Positions 17,667-27,545 of a stretch of 64,000 nucleotides of DNA are shown here, piece after piece (within the stretch, counting starts at the first letter, position 1; every line of letters starts with the position of its first letter). Source of the stretch: Acidobacteriota bacterium. Its GTDB lineage: Bacteria; Acidobacteriota; Vicinamibacteria; Vicinamibacterales; CAVVIG01. Both the position numbers and the translations under genes were made by a program. Under the pieces are notes generated by a model. It did not search any database. It was not told the origin of the DNA and worked only from the letters and a program-made list of their open reading frames with translations. The DNA lies in NCBI GenBank assembly GCA_046728115.1, contig JBKPDW010000172.1:454-64453 (forward strand), written 5' to 3'.

Positions 17667-19526
17667 CTACATTCGCGGCCGCAACGTCATTTGCCAGGTA
17701 ATCGGCTGACCCGGGGCGATCCGAACATCGCGTGCCTCATAAACAAGGTGCAGAGGCACGGCGCCGCGCGCGCCCCGGCCGAGCGGACTGTTGCCCGTCC
17801 CTTCCACATGCGAAGTGAGCTGCGGCCACGGAATAGTCACCGCGACGCGAAGCGCCGCGCTCCCTCCGGTGAGCAACGCTCCCTCGCTGGTCTGTTCCAC
17901 CGCGGTGTTCGTCGTCGGCACGATCACGCGCCAGGTCCGGATGTTGATCGGTACCGTCGCAGTGAGCGTCTCACGGCGCTCGAGCGCGGCGTCTCGGAGG
18001 ATCCAGCGGACCTCGCTCGTCAGACCCGGATCGACGAGCTGGCCGGATTTCGTTCCCAGCCGCGCCCATCGGCGCCAGACGACCCGCAGTTCGCTGCCAG
18101 TCGCGGACGGGTGAATCTCGTCGGCGCCATCGGTCGCCACAATCGTGCGGCCGTCGTCGAGCTCGAGATACGGAACGAGCGCGGGAACGTCACGTTCTAC
18201 AGGCACGGCGACGCCGGGCAAGCCGTGCGGCGCAGGCAAATAGTCGGCGACGCCCGGCCGCGTGCCGGTCGTGATCGGAAGAGCGAACCGCATGCCTGGC
18301 GATTGGCGGACGACCCACACGCCGGCCACGCGATCGGTCTGCTCACGAAAGAATGCGAACCGGTTTACGAGCGGCAGCGCGGGCCGCGACGGATACGCAG
18401 TCAGCTTTTCGCGCGCGAGCACTGGCATCAGCGTGGCCTGAGCCACGATCGCCTTGCCAAAAAAGCCCGTGGTCTGCTGCCACTCGCGATCGAGCGTGAT
18501 GTACCCATAGTTGCCGCGACCGTAATCGAACAGCGACAGGAGGTGCGTTTCGTCCTTGAAGTCGTGACGCAGGTAGTTCCACGCGCGTGCGTACTGCGCC
18601 ACCAGATCCGCAAGCGGCGCGGGACGGAACTCCGGGTTTTTCGCGACGAACGCGACGATCTCCAGCGTGTCGAGATAGCTGACGATCCCGAGGCTGCGCC
18701 CCCAGGGATAGCCATAGCCGTCCTCGCCGTCGACGAGGTCCCACCAGAGTCGCATCTGCGCGGCGAGAGAGGGACGAAGCATCGAGAGGATGTCCTGCCG
18801 GTCGGCCTGCGACGCCGCGTCCCAGACGTAGCGTGCGTACTCGTTCGAATAGCGATCGAAGCGGCCGGTCGGCGGCGAGTCGTCGGCGTACAAACGCCCG
18901 CCCGAAAACGGCTCGACGGCACGGTCGATCAGCGCATCGAGCGGAGCGCGGTCGCGAGTCAGACCCAGCCTGGAACCGATCGCGCCGACGCGCGCCGCGA
19001 CACCGAGATAGTTCTCGGCGAGATCGATGACGCGACGGTTCACGGGATCGTAAAACCGCTTCACGTCGAGGAGCCCGCGCCACTCGTCGCGCTCGCCTGG
19101 TGACAGCGTCTGCCAGACGGGATTCCGATTGAGATCCTCGCCGAAATGCTGGAGGGCGAGCGCGGCGTACAACTGCGAGAATGCCTTGCTGCCGGCACGC
19201 GCTTCGATGAGACCCATGCGTCCGACCCACTGCGTGACGTCGCGTCCCATGAGCTTTGTCGCGCCTGCGTGCTGCGATTCAGCCGCGAGCGCACGCATGA
19301 ACGTGCCCCACGAGAACTCGCCGACTGTCTTCGCCCCGAGCACACGATCGGGCGGCGGATCGAGCGTCGGAATCGCCGCGAAGTGCGTCGTCACCTCGCG
19401 GAGCAGGAACTGATCGATATCTCGAGCCAACGCGCGCACATCGAGTTGCTGGTCGTCCACGGCGCGCGGGGATGCCGTCAGGCAAAGAATCGCCGCGAGT
19501 GGACCGCAAAGGCCGCGAAGCATCAC
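17667..19526 (-). CDS. Exported 619-aa protein of unknown family; candidate polysaccharide lyase/hydrolase of the uronate locus
   Basis: Signal peptide MMLRGLCGPLAAILCLTASP. Long ORF with strong GC3 bias. The function is only inferred from its position between the TonB-dependent receptor and kdgF/kduD. Confidence 0.7.
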   Translation of the reverse strand: MMLRGLCGPLAAILCLTASPRAVDDQQLDVRALARDIDQFLLREVTTHFAAIPTLDPPPDRVLGAKTVGEFSWGTFMRALAAESQHAGATKLMGRDVTQWVGRMGLIEARAGSKAFSQLYAALALQHFGEDLNRNPVWQTLSPGERDEWRGLLDVKRFYDPVNRRVIDLAENYLGVAARVGAIGSRLGLTRDRAPLDALIDRAVEPFSGGRLYADDSPPTGRFDRYSNEYARYVWDAASQADRQDILSMLRPSLAAQMRLWWDLVDGEDGYGYPWGRSLGIVSYLDTLEIVAFVAKNPEFRPAPLADLVAQYARAWNYLRHDFKDETHLLSLFDYGRGNYGYITLDREWQQTTGFFGKAIVAQATLMPVLAREKLTAYPSRPALPLVNRFAFFREQTDRVAGVWVVRQSPGMRFALPITTGTRPGVADYLPAPHGLPGVAVPVERDVPALVPYLELDDGRTIVATDGADEIHPSATGSELRVVWRRWARLGTKSGQLVDPGLTSEVRWILRDAALERRETLTATVPINIRTWRVIVPTTNTAVEQTSEGALLTGGSAALRVAVTIPWPQLTSHVEGTGNSPLGRGARGAVPLHLVYEARDVRIAPGQPITWQMTLRPRM

Positions 19527-19533
19527 CCACCAC

Positions 19534-22500
19534 CTAGAATGAAAAGCGCCCGCCCAGCTGAATCTGGCGCATGTTCTTGGCGCCGCGGATCTTGCCGAAC
19601 GTCGCCGGCGCCGCCAGGTTCGTTCCCGGATTCTGCAGGTTCACCATGTTGAACACGTTCGTGGCCTCGATACGGAACTGAAAGGTTGAACGGCCTTTCA
19701 GCGGAACGTCGCGGAAGACGCCCAGGTCGACGTTTCGATAGCCTGGCCCGTCGAGGATGCTGCGTCCGGAACTGCCGTCGGTCCCCAGCGCGGGGTTGGC
19801 GAAAGCGGCCTGGTTGAACCACGCTTCGATCAGCTGGTCGCGCGGACGGCCGGGATCGAGCTCCGGATCGCCGATGAGATCCGCGCGGTCGTTCGTCAGG
19901 CCGTCCAGGTTCCGATCCTGCCCAGCACCGATCGTGAGCGGCGTACCGCTCTGCAGCGTCAGGATGGCCGAGACGGTCCAATCGCGGCCGAGCCACCCGA
20001 GCACCGACGTCGAGTCCTTCAGGTAGTCGACCCTCCAGACGCCGGACAGAACGAAATTGTGCCGGCGATCGTTGGAGTTCCGCGCCCGTTCGGCGGCGAG
20101 CCGCGTCGCGTTCTGGACGCCGGGCAGTCCGCCTCCCTGAAAGTCGACATCTTCGTACCCCCGGCCGAAGGAGTAATACGCCTTGCCGGCTAGCCGGGCG
20201 CCGCGCCGTTCGGCACTCAGCTGCAATCCGTCGTAGTCGCTGCCGAAGATCGACGAGAGCACGTTCGCCGCGCCGATCGTCCCTGGCAGATACGGTCGCC
20301 GGGCGTTGACGTTCGCGGTGGTGGCCGTCGAGGTCAAGACAGGATAGTTGTCGTCGACCGCCGCCGCCAGGTGGCGCGCAAACGATCCGACGTACGATGC
20401 GCTGACGCTGAAGCTGCGGCCGATCTCCTTTTCAATCGTGACGTTTGTCTGATAGGTGACCGGCCATACGAAGTCGAGCGACGGCCCGAAGACCTGTGCC
20501 GGATACGTAAACCGCGGCGAGCCTGGAACGTAGATGAACGGGAACGGCCCGACACCACCCGGGAGGTTGCGATACGGATCGGAGAGGGTGTAGACCGTGG
20601 GAAACGACTGCCGAACGGTGAATGGCTGATTGTCGGCCGTCGTATTCCACTCGTTGCCCGTGATGCTGCCGTAGAACAGGCCGAATGCCGCGCGGACCGC
20701 GGTGCGGCCGTCGCCAGCCGGATCCCACGCGATTCCCAGACGAGGCGCGATGTTGTTGACGTCCGTCTTGACGATCCCGCGGCTCACACCCGGGTCGCCT
20801 GGGAACAACAGGCCGACCGGCGCAGTCGGGTTGATCGTGGATTGCTGCCCCGGCACGAAGGCGAGCTTGCGATTGTCCGGATCCGTGAACGGGAACTGCA
20901 GATCGTAGCGAACGCCGAGGTTCAGCGTGACACGCGGATGGATGCGGAAATCGTCCTGCGCGAACGCGCTGATATACGCCCCGTTGTCGGTCTTCCGCAC
21001 CGGAGCGTCCTGCGTCATGGTCGCGGGCAACCCCAGCAGGAAGTCGGCGTACGCGTTCCCCGTCTTGCTCCCGTTGAACGTGAACACTCCGTAGTTGTCC
21101 AGCAAGGTGTCGTGGATGATCTTCTCGTACGAGAAATCGCCGCCCAGCTTGAACGCGTGCTGACCTCTGGTAATGGTCAGGGCGTCCTTCACGCCTACGT
21201 AGTTGCTGCCGGCGTCAGGGCCGGCGATGGACGTCTGGCCGGTGAAGAAGCCAGTGACGGTGAGCCGGGGCAACGTGGGGTCGCCCTGAATGGTGAACTT
21301 CGAGTTGAGATCGCCCAGCGATGTCGTCGGTCTGTTCACCCGCGCGCCGAACTGCCGGACGTAGGTCCCCCGCACCTGGTTGATCATCGTCGGGCGCAGC
21401 GTCCACGTGTGCGTGGCGTTCACGTTGTCCTGGTCCCAGTTGAAATCGCGATCAACCCAGGGAATGTTGCCGCCGCTCGTCGTGCCCACGCCGGTGAGCG
21501 GCTGCGTGTCGACGCCGGTCAAATGAAAGTAACTCACAGCGAGGGACTGCGCTGTCGAGAACTGATGATCGAGCTTGACGGTTCCCTCGTTGGTGCGCAC
21601 CGGATCCGGAGCGCGGACTTCGTAAAAGCTGTTGGGCAGGTTCGCCGGCGGCACGTATTTGTCCTGAATGGTCTTTGCGGCCATGTCAAAGCGACTCGCA
21701 GGGATGATGCCGCCGGGGAACGGCTGCCCTGTCAGCGGATCGGTCGGTTTCCGAGCCGACTGCGAGAAGTCGCCGAGGCGCTCCAGCGCCGTCGGCACGA
21801 CCGCGGTATTTCGGTAGTACGTCTCCTCCTGACGCAGACCCGAATAGCTGGCGAAGAAGAACGTCTTGCCCTTCTTGATGGGACCACCCGCCGCGCCGCC
21901 AAACTGGTTGCGATCCAGCGGGTCATTGGTCGCGGGCGTGCCCGGCGGCGCCCAGCGCGGCGAGTTCAGTTTCTGGTTTCGGAAGAACTCGAACGCCGCG
22001 CCGTGGAGATCGTTCGTACCGGACTTGGTGACCACGTCGACGACGCCCGCCGAGTAGCGGCCGTACTCCGCAGAGTAGCCGTTCGTCAACACTCGGAACT
22101 CCTGGACCGCTTCAGGGTTGGGTGCGGGATTGCCGGTGCCTCGCAGACCGGCCGTGTTGTTGCCGCCATCCAGCTGGAAGTTGACGGTGCCCATCTGAGC
22201 GCGACCCGATCCGTTGATGGTCGTCAGTTGTTCCGGCCCTCCGAGGGAGTTCGAGTTCTCGTTGCTGGTGATGCCGCCCGTCAGGCTCAGCAGCGAGTAC
22301 AAATCGCGGTTGACGAGCGGCAGGTTCATCACGTCCTGTTGCCCGACCGTCCTCGAGAGCGACGCCGACGTCGTTTCCACGAGCGGCGAGTCGGCCACCA
22401 CGGTCAACGATTCCTCCACCGCGCCGAGCTCCATGGTCGCGTCGACCCTGGCGTTGCGCCCGACCTCGAGCGCGATGCCGGTCTGCGTGAAGCTCTTGAA

Positions 22501-22767
22501 GCCGGCAATCGTGACAACGACTTTATAGCTGCCGATCGGCAGCAAACGCAGCGCGTACTCTCCGGCGGCATCCGTGGTGACCTCTCTGGAATATGTCGTG
22601 CCCAGGTTGGTGGCGGTGACCGTGGCTCCCGGTATCAGGGCGCCTTGCGCGTCCTTGACGCTACCGAGGATCGTTCCGGTGGGCGTCTGAGCCAGAGCTG
22701 GCTGCATGAGCAGCATCGCGCCCAGTGCCGCGATGAGAAATCGTCCTATCCGCGCATGACCGAGCAT
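19534..22767 (-). CDS. TonB-dependent receptor with N-terminal carboxypeptidase-regulatory-like domain
   Basis: ORF track gives 19534..22866. I moved the start to ATG 22767 (AAGGAG upstream, signal peptide MLGHARIGRFLIAALGAMLLMQPALAQ). GTILGSVKDAQGALIPGATVTATN...YKVVVTIAGF, a plug region, and a C-terminal ...IQLGGRFSF ending in Phe. Confidence 0.9.
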   Translation of the reverse strand: MLGHARIGRFLIAALGAMLLMQPALAQTPTGTILGSVKDAQGALIPGATVTATNLGTTYSREVTTDAAGEYALRLLPIGSYKVVVTIAGFKSFTQTGIALEVGRNARVDATMELGAVEESLTVVADSPLVETTSASLSRTVGQQDVMNLPLVNRDLYSLLSLTGGITSNENSNSLGGPEQLTTINGSGRAQMGTVNFQLDGGNNTAGLRGTGNPAPNPEAVQEFRVLTNGYSAEYGRYSAGVVDVVTKSGTNDLHGAAFEFFRNQKLNSPRWAPPGTPATNDPLDRNQFGGAAGGPIKKGKTFFFASYSGLRQEETYYRNTAVVPTALERLGDFSQSARKPTDPLTGQPFPGGIIPASRFDMAAKTIQDKYVPPANLPNSFYEVRAPDPVRTNEGTVKLDHQFSTAQSLAVSYFHLTGVDTQPLTGVGTTSGGNIPWVDRDFNWDQDNVNATHTWTLRPTMINQVRGTYVRQFGARVNRPTTSLGDLNSKFTIQGDPTLPRLTVTGFFTGQTSIAGPDAGSNYVGVKDALTITRGQHAFKLGGDFSYEKIIHDTLLDNYGVFTFNGSKTGNAYADFLLGLPATMTQDAPVRKTDNGAYISAFAQDDFRIHPRVTLNLGVRYDLQFPFTDPDNRKLAFVPGQQSTINPTAPVGLLFPGDPGVSRGIVKTDVNNIAPRLGIAWDPAGDGRTAVRAAFGLFYGSITGNEWNTTADNQPFTVRQSFPTVYTLSDPYRNLPGGVGPFPFIYVPGSPRFTYPAQVFGPSLDFVWPVTYQTNVTIEKEIGRSFSVSASYVGSFARHLAAAVDDNYPVLTSTATTANVNARRPYLPGTIGAANVLSSIFGSDYDGLQLSAERRGARLAGKAYYSFGRGYEDVDFQGGGLPGVQNATRLAAERARNSNDRRHNFVLSGVWRVDYLKDSTSVLGWLGRDWTVSAILTLQSGTPLTIGAGQDRNLDGLTNDRADLIGDPELDPGRPRDQLIEAWFNQAAFANPALGTDGSSGRSILDGPGYRNVDLGVFRDVPLKGRSTFQFRIEATNVFNMVNLQNPGTNLAAPATFGKIRGAKNMRQIQLGGRFSF

Positions 22768-22843
22768 GACAGCTCCTTTGTGCTGAGAGTGTGTTGCGAA
22801 TCGAGGGGACTCGCCAGCGCGCGCGACGGGTTCACGACCCACC

Positions 22844-24058
22844 TCAAGCCACGATTGGCGCGGCAAAAGCCGGTCCGGTTACGAGCATTGCCGCGCCGCG
22901 CAGTCGTGGATGCTCCTCCGCCGCGACGGTGACCACCTTGGTGGCAGCGGCTGCCGGTGTGAGGGCACGCTCGCGGATACCCGCGCGAACGGTGCTCTCG
23001 ACGAGATCCCACGCCGAGACGATTTCGCCGCCGATGAACAGACAATCTGGGTTGATGATGTTGACGACGCCACCGAGACCGAGGCCGAGGTAGCGCGCCG
23101 ACGCCTGGAGAGCGGCGGTTGCCTTGCCGTCGCCGGTGTGCGCCCGTGCGACCAGGTCGTGGATCGTGAATGCCCGATCGGCGCGCCCGGCCGCTTCCCT
23201 CGCGCGGCCAAAATATCGTCGCAGCGTCGCGACATTCGAGATATGCGCCTCCCAGCAACCCGTCGCCCCGCAGGAACAGCGCGGGCCGTCGATGCTGAGC
23301 GGCATGTGCGCGAACTCTCCCGCGATATTGTTGCGTCCACGCAGCAGTTCGCCGTTGACGACGATACCGACGCCGACGCCGTCCGAGACGCTCACGAACA
23401 CCAGATTGCGAACGGGCGAGTCGACCTTGCGTGCTTCCCACAGCTGCGCGAGCGCGCAGGCGCGTCCTGAATTCTCGACGTGTACGGGCAGCCTGGTCGC
23501 GGTGGCCAGGCGCGCGCGCAGCTCGACATTCCGCCAGCCAAGCGTTGGCGCGTGAAGAACCCGGCTGGTCCCGGGATCGACCATCCCCGGCACGACGACC
23601 CCGATCCCTTCGCACTTGCCGACGTCGGCGGCATGTGCGTCGAGCAGTTGGCGAATGCGCGCCGCAAGGGCGTGGACGAGTCGCCCGGGCTCGCGCAGCG
23701 TCGGCAGGCTGACGATGTCGGACCGCGGCCGGCCCATCGCGTCGGCGATCATGAGGTACGTCCGGCTGGCGCGAATGTCTACGGCGACGCTCGAGCGCTG
23801 ACGGGTGTTGATGTAGAGAAGCGTCGGCTTGCGGCCCCTCGCCGTCTGACCGGTCGTACCTTCGACGACCTGCTGCTCCTGGAGCAACTCCTGGACGAGC
23901 AGCCCCACCGCGCCGCGCCGCATTTTCATGCGGCGCGCGAGGTCGGCGCGTGAGATCGGCTGATGGCTGCTGATCAAGGTGAGCGCGATCTGGCGGTTGA
24001 TGCGCCGCGACGTGTCGCGCCGGGCGACGTGGAAGCGGGTGGGGTCGATGCGGCGCAT
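22844..24058 (-). CDS. ROK-family transcriptional regulator
   Basis: N-terminal winged HTH (INRQIALTLISSHQPISRADLARRM). ROK kinase-like fold with the CSCGATGCWE zinc motif. Confidence 0.85.
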   Translation of the reverse strand: MRRIDPTRFHVARRDTSRRINRQIALTLISSHQPISRADLARRMKMRRGAVGLLVQELLQEQQVVEGTTGQTARGRKPTLLYINTRQRSSVAVDIRASRTYLMIADAMGRPRSDIVSLPTLREPGRLVHALAARIRQLLDAHAADVGKCEGIGVVVPGMVDPGTSRVLHAPTLGWRNVELRARLATATRLPVHVENSGRACALAQLWEARKVDSPVRNLVFVSVSDGVGVGIVVNGELLRGRNNIAGEFAHMPLSIDGPRCSCGATGCWEAHISNVATLRRYFGRAREAAGRADRAFTIHDLVARAHTGDGKATAALQASARYLGLGLGGVVNIINPDCLFIGGEIVSAWDLVESTVRAGIRERALTPAAAATKVVTVAAEEHPRLRGAAMLVTGPAFAAPIVA

Positions 24059-24143
24059 TTGCCTCAGCTTCGAACAAAATCGCGACCCGTTCGCTGGAGC
24101 GAGCCGCTCGGATGAACGCGAGCCACCGAGCCGCGCCGCGATA

Positions 24144-24162
24144 TTGTCCTAAATCGGGACAA
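24144..24162. promoter_or_regulatory. Candidate operator palindrome TTGTCC-N7-GGACAA upstream of the ROK regulator gene
   Basis: Perfect 6-bp arms in an AT-rich patch (atattgtcctaaatcgggacaaaag), 86-104 nt upstream of ATG 24058. Single occurrence, so weak. Confidence 0.2.
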
Positions 24163-24300
24163 AAGATACGCGCCTGGCCGATGAGGTGTCAAGCAGATGT
24201 TTTGCGGCCGGCGTGTGACCTCGTGATCGGCGACCTGTCAGCCTCGTGGCATCGTGCAGGGCGGCGGCTTCCGTCCCCTCGTGTATTGGTATCCGCGCGC

Positions 24301-25350
24301 TCACGCCGCAGATCTTCTCGGACCGTCCTTCAGGAGGCCCAGGCGCAACAGGCTTTCGGCCGTGGCGACGACAGCCTCCTCGTTCGAACGCGGAGTCCAC
24401 CCGAGCACGCGTTTCGCCTTGTCGCTGGTGCCGTTCTTCACCTTCCCCAGCTCGGGCACGATCTGCTTCGCCGCGGGATCCAGCATCGCGGCGACGCGCA
24501 CCAGCCAGTTGGGCAGTTGCCACGTCGGCACTCGTTTCGCTGCCACGCCCAGGCGCCGTTTCAGCGTCTGTGCAACGTCGAGTACCGACACGAAATTCCC
24601 GGCGACCGCGAGGAACCGTTCACCTTTGGCGGCGCCATGAGTCATAGCCCGGACGTGCAAGTCGGCGACGTCACGAACATCGACCGCGCCGAAATGGATT
24701 CGCGGGCAACCGGGCATGGCGCCGTCCATCAGGCGCTGCACGAGAACGATCGACGTCGAGTAGTCGGGGCCTAGTACGGGGCCGAATACGCCCACCGGAT
24801 TTACAACTGAAAGCTCGAGTCCGCTGCCCTCTTTCTCGATGAAGTTCCAGGCCGCGCGCTCGGCCAGCGTCTTCGATTTCACGTAGGGCCGCACGTCGTC
24901 ACCGTCGAGATTCGTCCAATTCGTTTCGTTGAATGGAGTTTCCTGCTGCTTGTGGCCATACCCGATCGCTGCGAAAGACGATGTCAGGACGACCCGCCTG
25001 ACGCCGGCGTCGCGCGAGGCACGCAGCAGACGCAGCGCGCCTTCGCGCGCCGGTACGACGAGCTCGTTCTCGTTCTTCGGGACGTGTTGGGGGAAGGGCG
25101 ACGCCACGTGCAGCACGTACTCGCAGCCGGCGATGGCCTCCGACCAGCCGGCGTCGTTTTCGAGATCGGCGGCAAAGAACGACACGCGATCGCCGGGCTC
25201 GGCGCCCCCTTCTTTCAGCATCGCGCGCACGTCGCCTTCGCGCTGCAGGTTCCGGACGGTGGTGCGCACCCGATGGCCGGCGCCGAGCAGCTGCAGGATG
25301 CAATGGCTGCCGATGAATCCCGACCCGCCAGTCACGAGAACTGTGCTCAT
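24301..25350 (-). CDS. NAD(P)-dependent epimerase/dehydratase family (aldehyde/flavonol reductase-like)
   Basis: VTGGSGFIGSH Rossmann motif and the YVKSK catalytic motif. 349 aa. Confidence 0.85.
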   Translation of the reverse strand: MSTVLVTGGSGFIGSHCILQLLGAGHRVRTTVRNLQREGDVRAMLKEGGAEPGDRVSFFAADLENDAGWSEAIAGCEYVLHVASPFPQHVPKNENELVVPAREGALRLLRASRDAGVRRVVLTSSFAAIGYGHKQQETPFNETNWTNLDGDDVRPYVKSKTLAERAAWNFIEKEGSGLELSVVNPVGVFGPVLGPDYSTSIVLVQRLMDGAMPGCPRIHFGAVDVRDVADLHVRAMTHGAAKGERFLAVAGNFVSVLDVAQTLKRRLGVAAKRVPTWQLPNWLVRVAAMLDPAAKQIVPELGKVKNGTSDKAKRVLGWTPRSNEEAVVATAESLLRLGLLKDGPRRSAA

Positions 25351-25509
25351 CGCCCCTCGCTAGTAACGTTACCTTGAAATGAATGTGCCCGGTTGTCGTT
25401 CTTGATCGGGAGGAAGCACGAACGGTACTCGCGGTGGGTGCTGGTCGGCATCGAGAGTCGAGTCGATAAAGAGGCGGCCGCACCGTACGACTTCGCGGAG
25501 GGCGCGTCG

Positions 25510-26289
25510 TCAGTCAGGTTGAGGCTGCAAGAGGCCCTCGTCCCACCGTTCCACAAAAGGCGACGGAACACCCTCCAGGAGCGCGGTGACGGCCATCACC
25601 GCTTTCCGGGCGTCCCCGATCGGGTAGTAGAACGCCTCCCAGTTGTCGCTGTCCTCGCCATCGTGATTCGGAATGACGTACTGAAAGCGCCAGGCTTCCG
25701 TCAGCTCTTGATAGGCGCTCCTGGCTCGTTTCTCGATGTTCTCCAGGTCCGGGAGTGAAACCTCGCCCTTCTGACGCCTCGTCCGGCCCAGCAGCTTGCG
25801 TCGCATGACGTCGGTGAGAAATTCTGGAGGCGAGACGTGCTGCACCAGATACGCGACCTCGTCCCTGGACAGCGGCGAGAGGAACATGCTGAGACGGTCG
25901 ACTCCAGCCAGGAGCGGGTGCGTTTGGAGCAGGCGGCCGACAAATGGATTGCCTTCGAAAAACGCATCGCCTCGATCCAGCAGAGCCTTCAATGCATCGA
26001 CATCCAGCGCTTGCAGGTCGCCGCGCACCTCGAGGACTGGATGGTGCGTCTTCGATCTCAACGCCTCGATCTCGGCTCGCGACCGGAAGTGGTAGTCCAC
26101 GCCGTCGCGTTCACCCGGCCGCGGCGCGCGGCTGTTGAATAGCACCAGCCGCTGAAGCCGATTCCATAGATCGGCATGGTGTCTGGCCAGAGCGGCTCGG
26201 AGGGGACTCTTTCCCACACACGATGGGCCGCTCAGGATGACCAGACGGCCGCCTTCGGTCGTGCGCGGCATGGGGTCGCCTCCATTCAT
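25510..26289 (-). CDS. Guanylate-kinase-like P-loop protein with divergent C-terminal half
   Basis: LVILSGPSCVGKSPL P-loop and RPGERDGVDYHFRSRAEIEAL resemble guanylate kinase. I could not recognise the remainder of the protein. Confidence 0.6.
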   Translation of the reverse strand: MNGGDPMPRTTEGGRLVILSGPSCVGKSPLRAALARHHADLWNRLQRLVLFNSRAPRPGERDGVDYHFRSRAEIEALRSKTHHPVLEVRGDLQALDVDALKALLDRGDAFFEGNPFVGRLLQTHPLLAGVDRLSMFLSPLSRDEVAYLVQHVSPPEFLTDVMRRKLLGRTRRQKGEVSLPDLENIEKRARSAYQELTEAWRFQYVIPNHDGEDSDNWEAFYYPIGDARKAVMAVTALLEGVPSPFVERWDEGLLQPQPD

Positions 26290-26298
26290 CGAACCGAG

Positions 26299-27372
26299 TC
26301 AGTCCACTTGTTCACTCGTCGTGGGCTGTGACGACGCCCCTTGGGGCGGCGCCCCACGTGCGGCTGGCTTCTCACTCAGCTGCCGTTCGTTCCGCTGTTG
26401 ATCGTCTTTGACTGCGAGAACCGAGCGAAGCTGCAGCAGATTGCGAAGGACGCCGTACCAGAACGGCGCACCAAAGCTGAGGAGAAGCGCCGTAACCAGC
26501 ATCCCCCACTTGCTTTTGGCCTCGAAGCTTTGTCGCCAACCTGCAGAACTTGGCAGGTTGATGACACCAGCCTCCGCGAGGAAGTCGCGGTATTTTTGCT
26601 CGAAATCGGTTGGTGAGGCGCTGGTTGACGGCAACGCCTGTGCATCCCTCACCAGCTTGTCCCGCAACACCTCGTCAGCGGACAGCCGGTTGTAAAGCAT
26701 CGGCGTATCAACCTGCAGTCCGAAGGCGACGACGAACGCTCCAAAAAACGTGATCGCGCGCGTAGACGCCGTGAAGCGCTGCGACGTGCGATCCATCGTT
26801 TGATCGAACCAGCTGTTGATCTTGGCCACGAAGTCGCTCTCGGCGGCTTTGAGGATGGCCGCCGTCTGACGCGCAGTGTTGGAAAGCCTCGGAGACGATT
26901 CCTCGAGCTGCATCGCCATTCTCCTGATGGCCTTCAGCGTTCCATCAGGATCGGCAACGCCGTTGTTGGCCAGCGCCTGTTTCAGAGCCGCTTTGGCGCT
27001 GTCCGTCAACGATCCCGCTGCACGATCACTGGCGAGACCGATGAGCAACTTGGTGAATTCTTCGCGGTGGACGACGTTCCCGAGGCGAGCCCCGCCGAGA
27101 AACCGGCGCCAACCGGTCCCGTCGCCAAGGTCGAACGGCAGATTCGACCCACTGACGAGGGGATGCGTAAGGACCGCCGTTGCGATCCTTTCGCTGAGGA
27201 CCGCTGTCAGAGTGGGGTCAAGTTGCTGAAGCAGATCGGTCAGCCCCCGCCTCAGATGACGCCCGCGACTGTTGAAGAGCGTCGTGATCGACTGTGTGAT
27301 CACGGTGACCGCCATGCTGAGCGCGAGGACGACGACGATCAGGCCAATCAGAACGTCGATCGATTTCAGCAT
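26299..27372 (-). CDS. Membrane protein, three predicted TM segments, unknown family
   Basis: ORF track gives 26299..27426. I moved the start to ATG 27372 (AGAGG upstream). TM segments are IDVLIGLIVVVLALSMAVTVI, AITFFGAFVVAFGLQV and WGMLVTALLLSFGAPFWYGVL. A 9-nt gap separates it from the downstream kinase-like gene. Confidence 0.65.
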   Translation of the reverse strand: MLKSIDVLIGLIVVVLALSMAVTVITQSITTLFNSRGRHLRRGLTDLLQQLDPTLTAVLSERIATAVLTHPLVSGSNLPFDLGDGTGWRRFLGGARLGNVVHREEFTKLLIGLASDRAAGSLTDSAKAALKQALANNGVADPDGTLKAIRRMAMQLEESSPRLSNTARQTAAILKAAESDFVAKINSWFDQTMDRTSQRFTASTRAITFFGAFVVAFGLQVDTPMLYNRLSADEVLRDKLVRDAQALPSTSASPTDFEQKYRDFLAEAGVINLPSSAGWRQSFEAKSKWGMLVTALLLSFGAPFWYGVLRNLLQLRSVLAVKDDQQRNERQLSEKPAARGAPPQGASSQPTTSEQVD

Positions 27373-27545
27373 GTGTACCTCTTGCGATTTTCGACGTGGA
27401 CGAATCCGCAACCGCCTGCTTGACACTCACACTGCAGCTCGAGAAGCGGTCAGGAAGCAAGGCAGTCACTGCCTGGGTTGATCGCCGCGACCGCACGCGA
27501 TGGAAACACCTGGAACCAGGAACAAAGACGGGCGGCGATCCTCGC

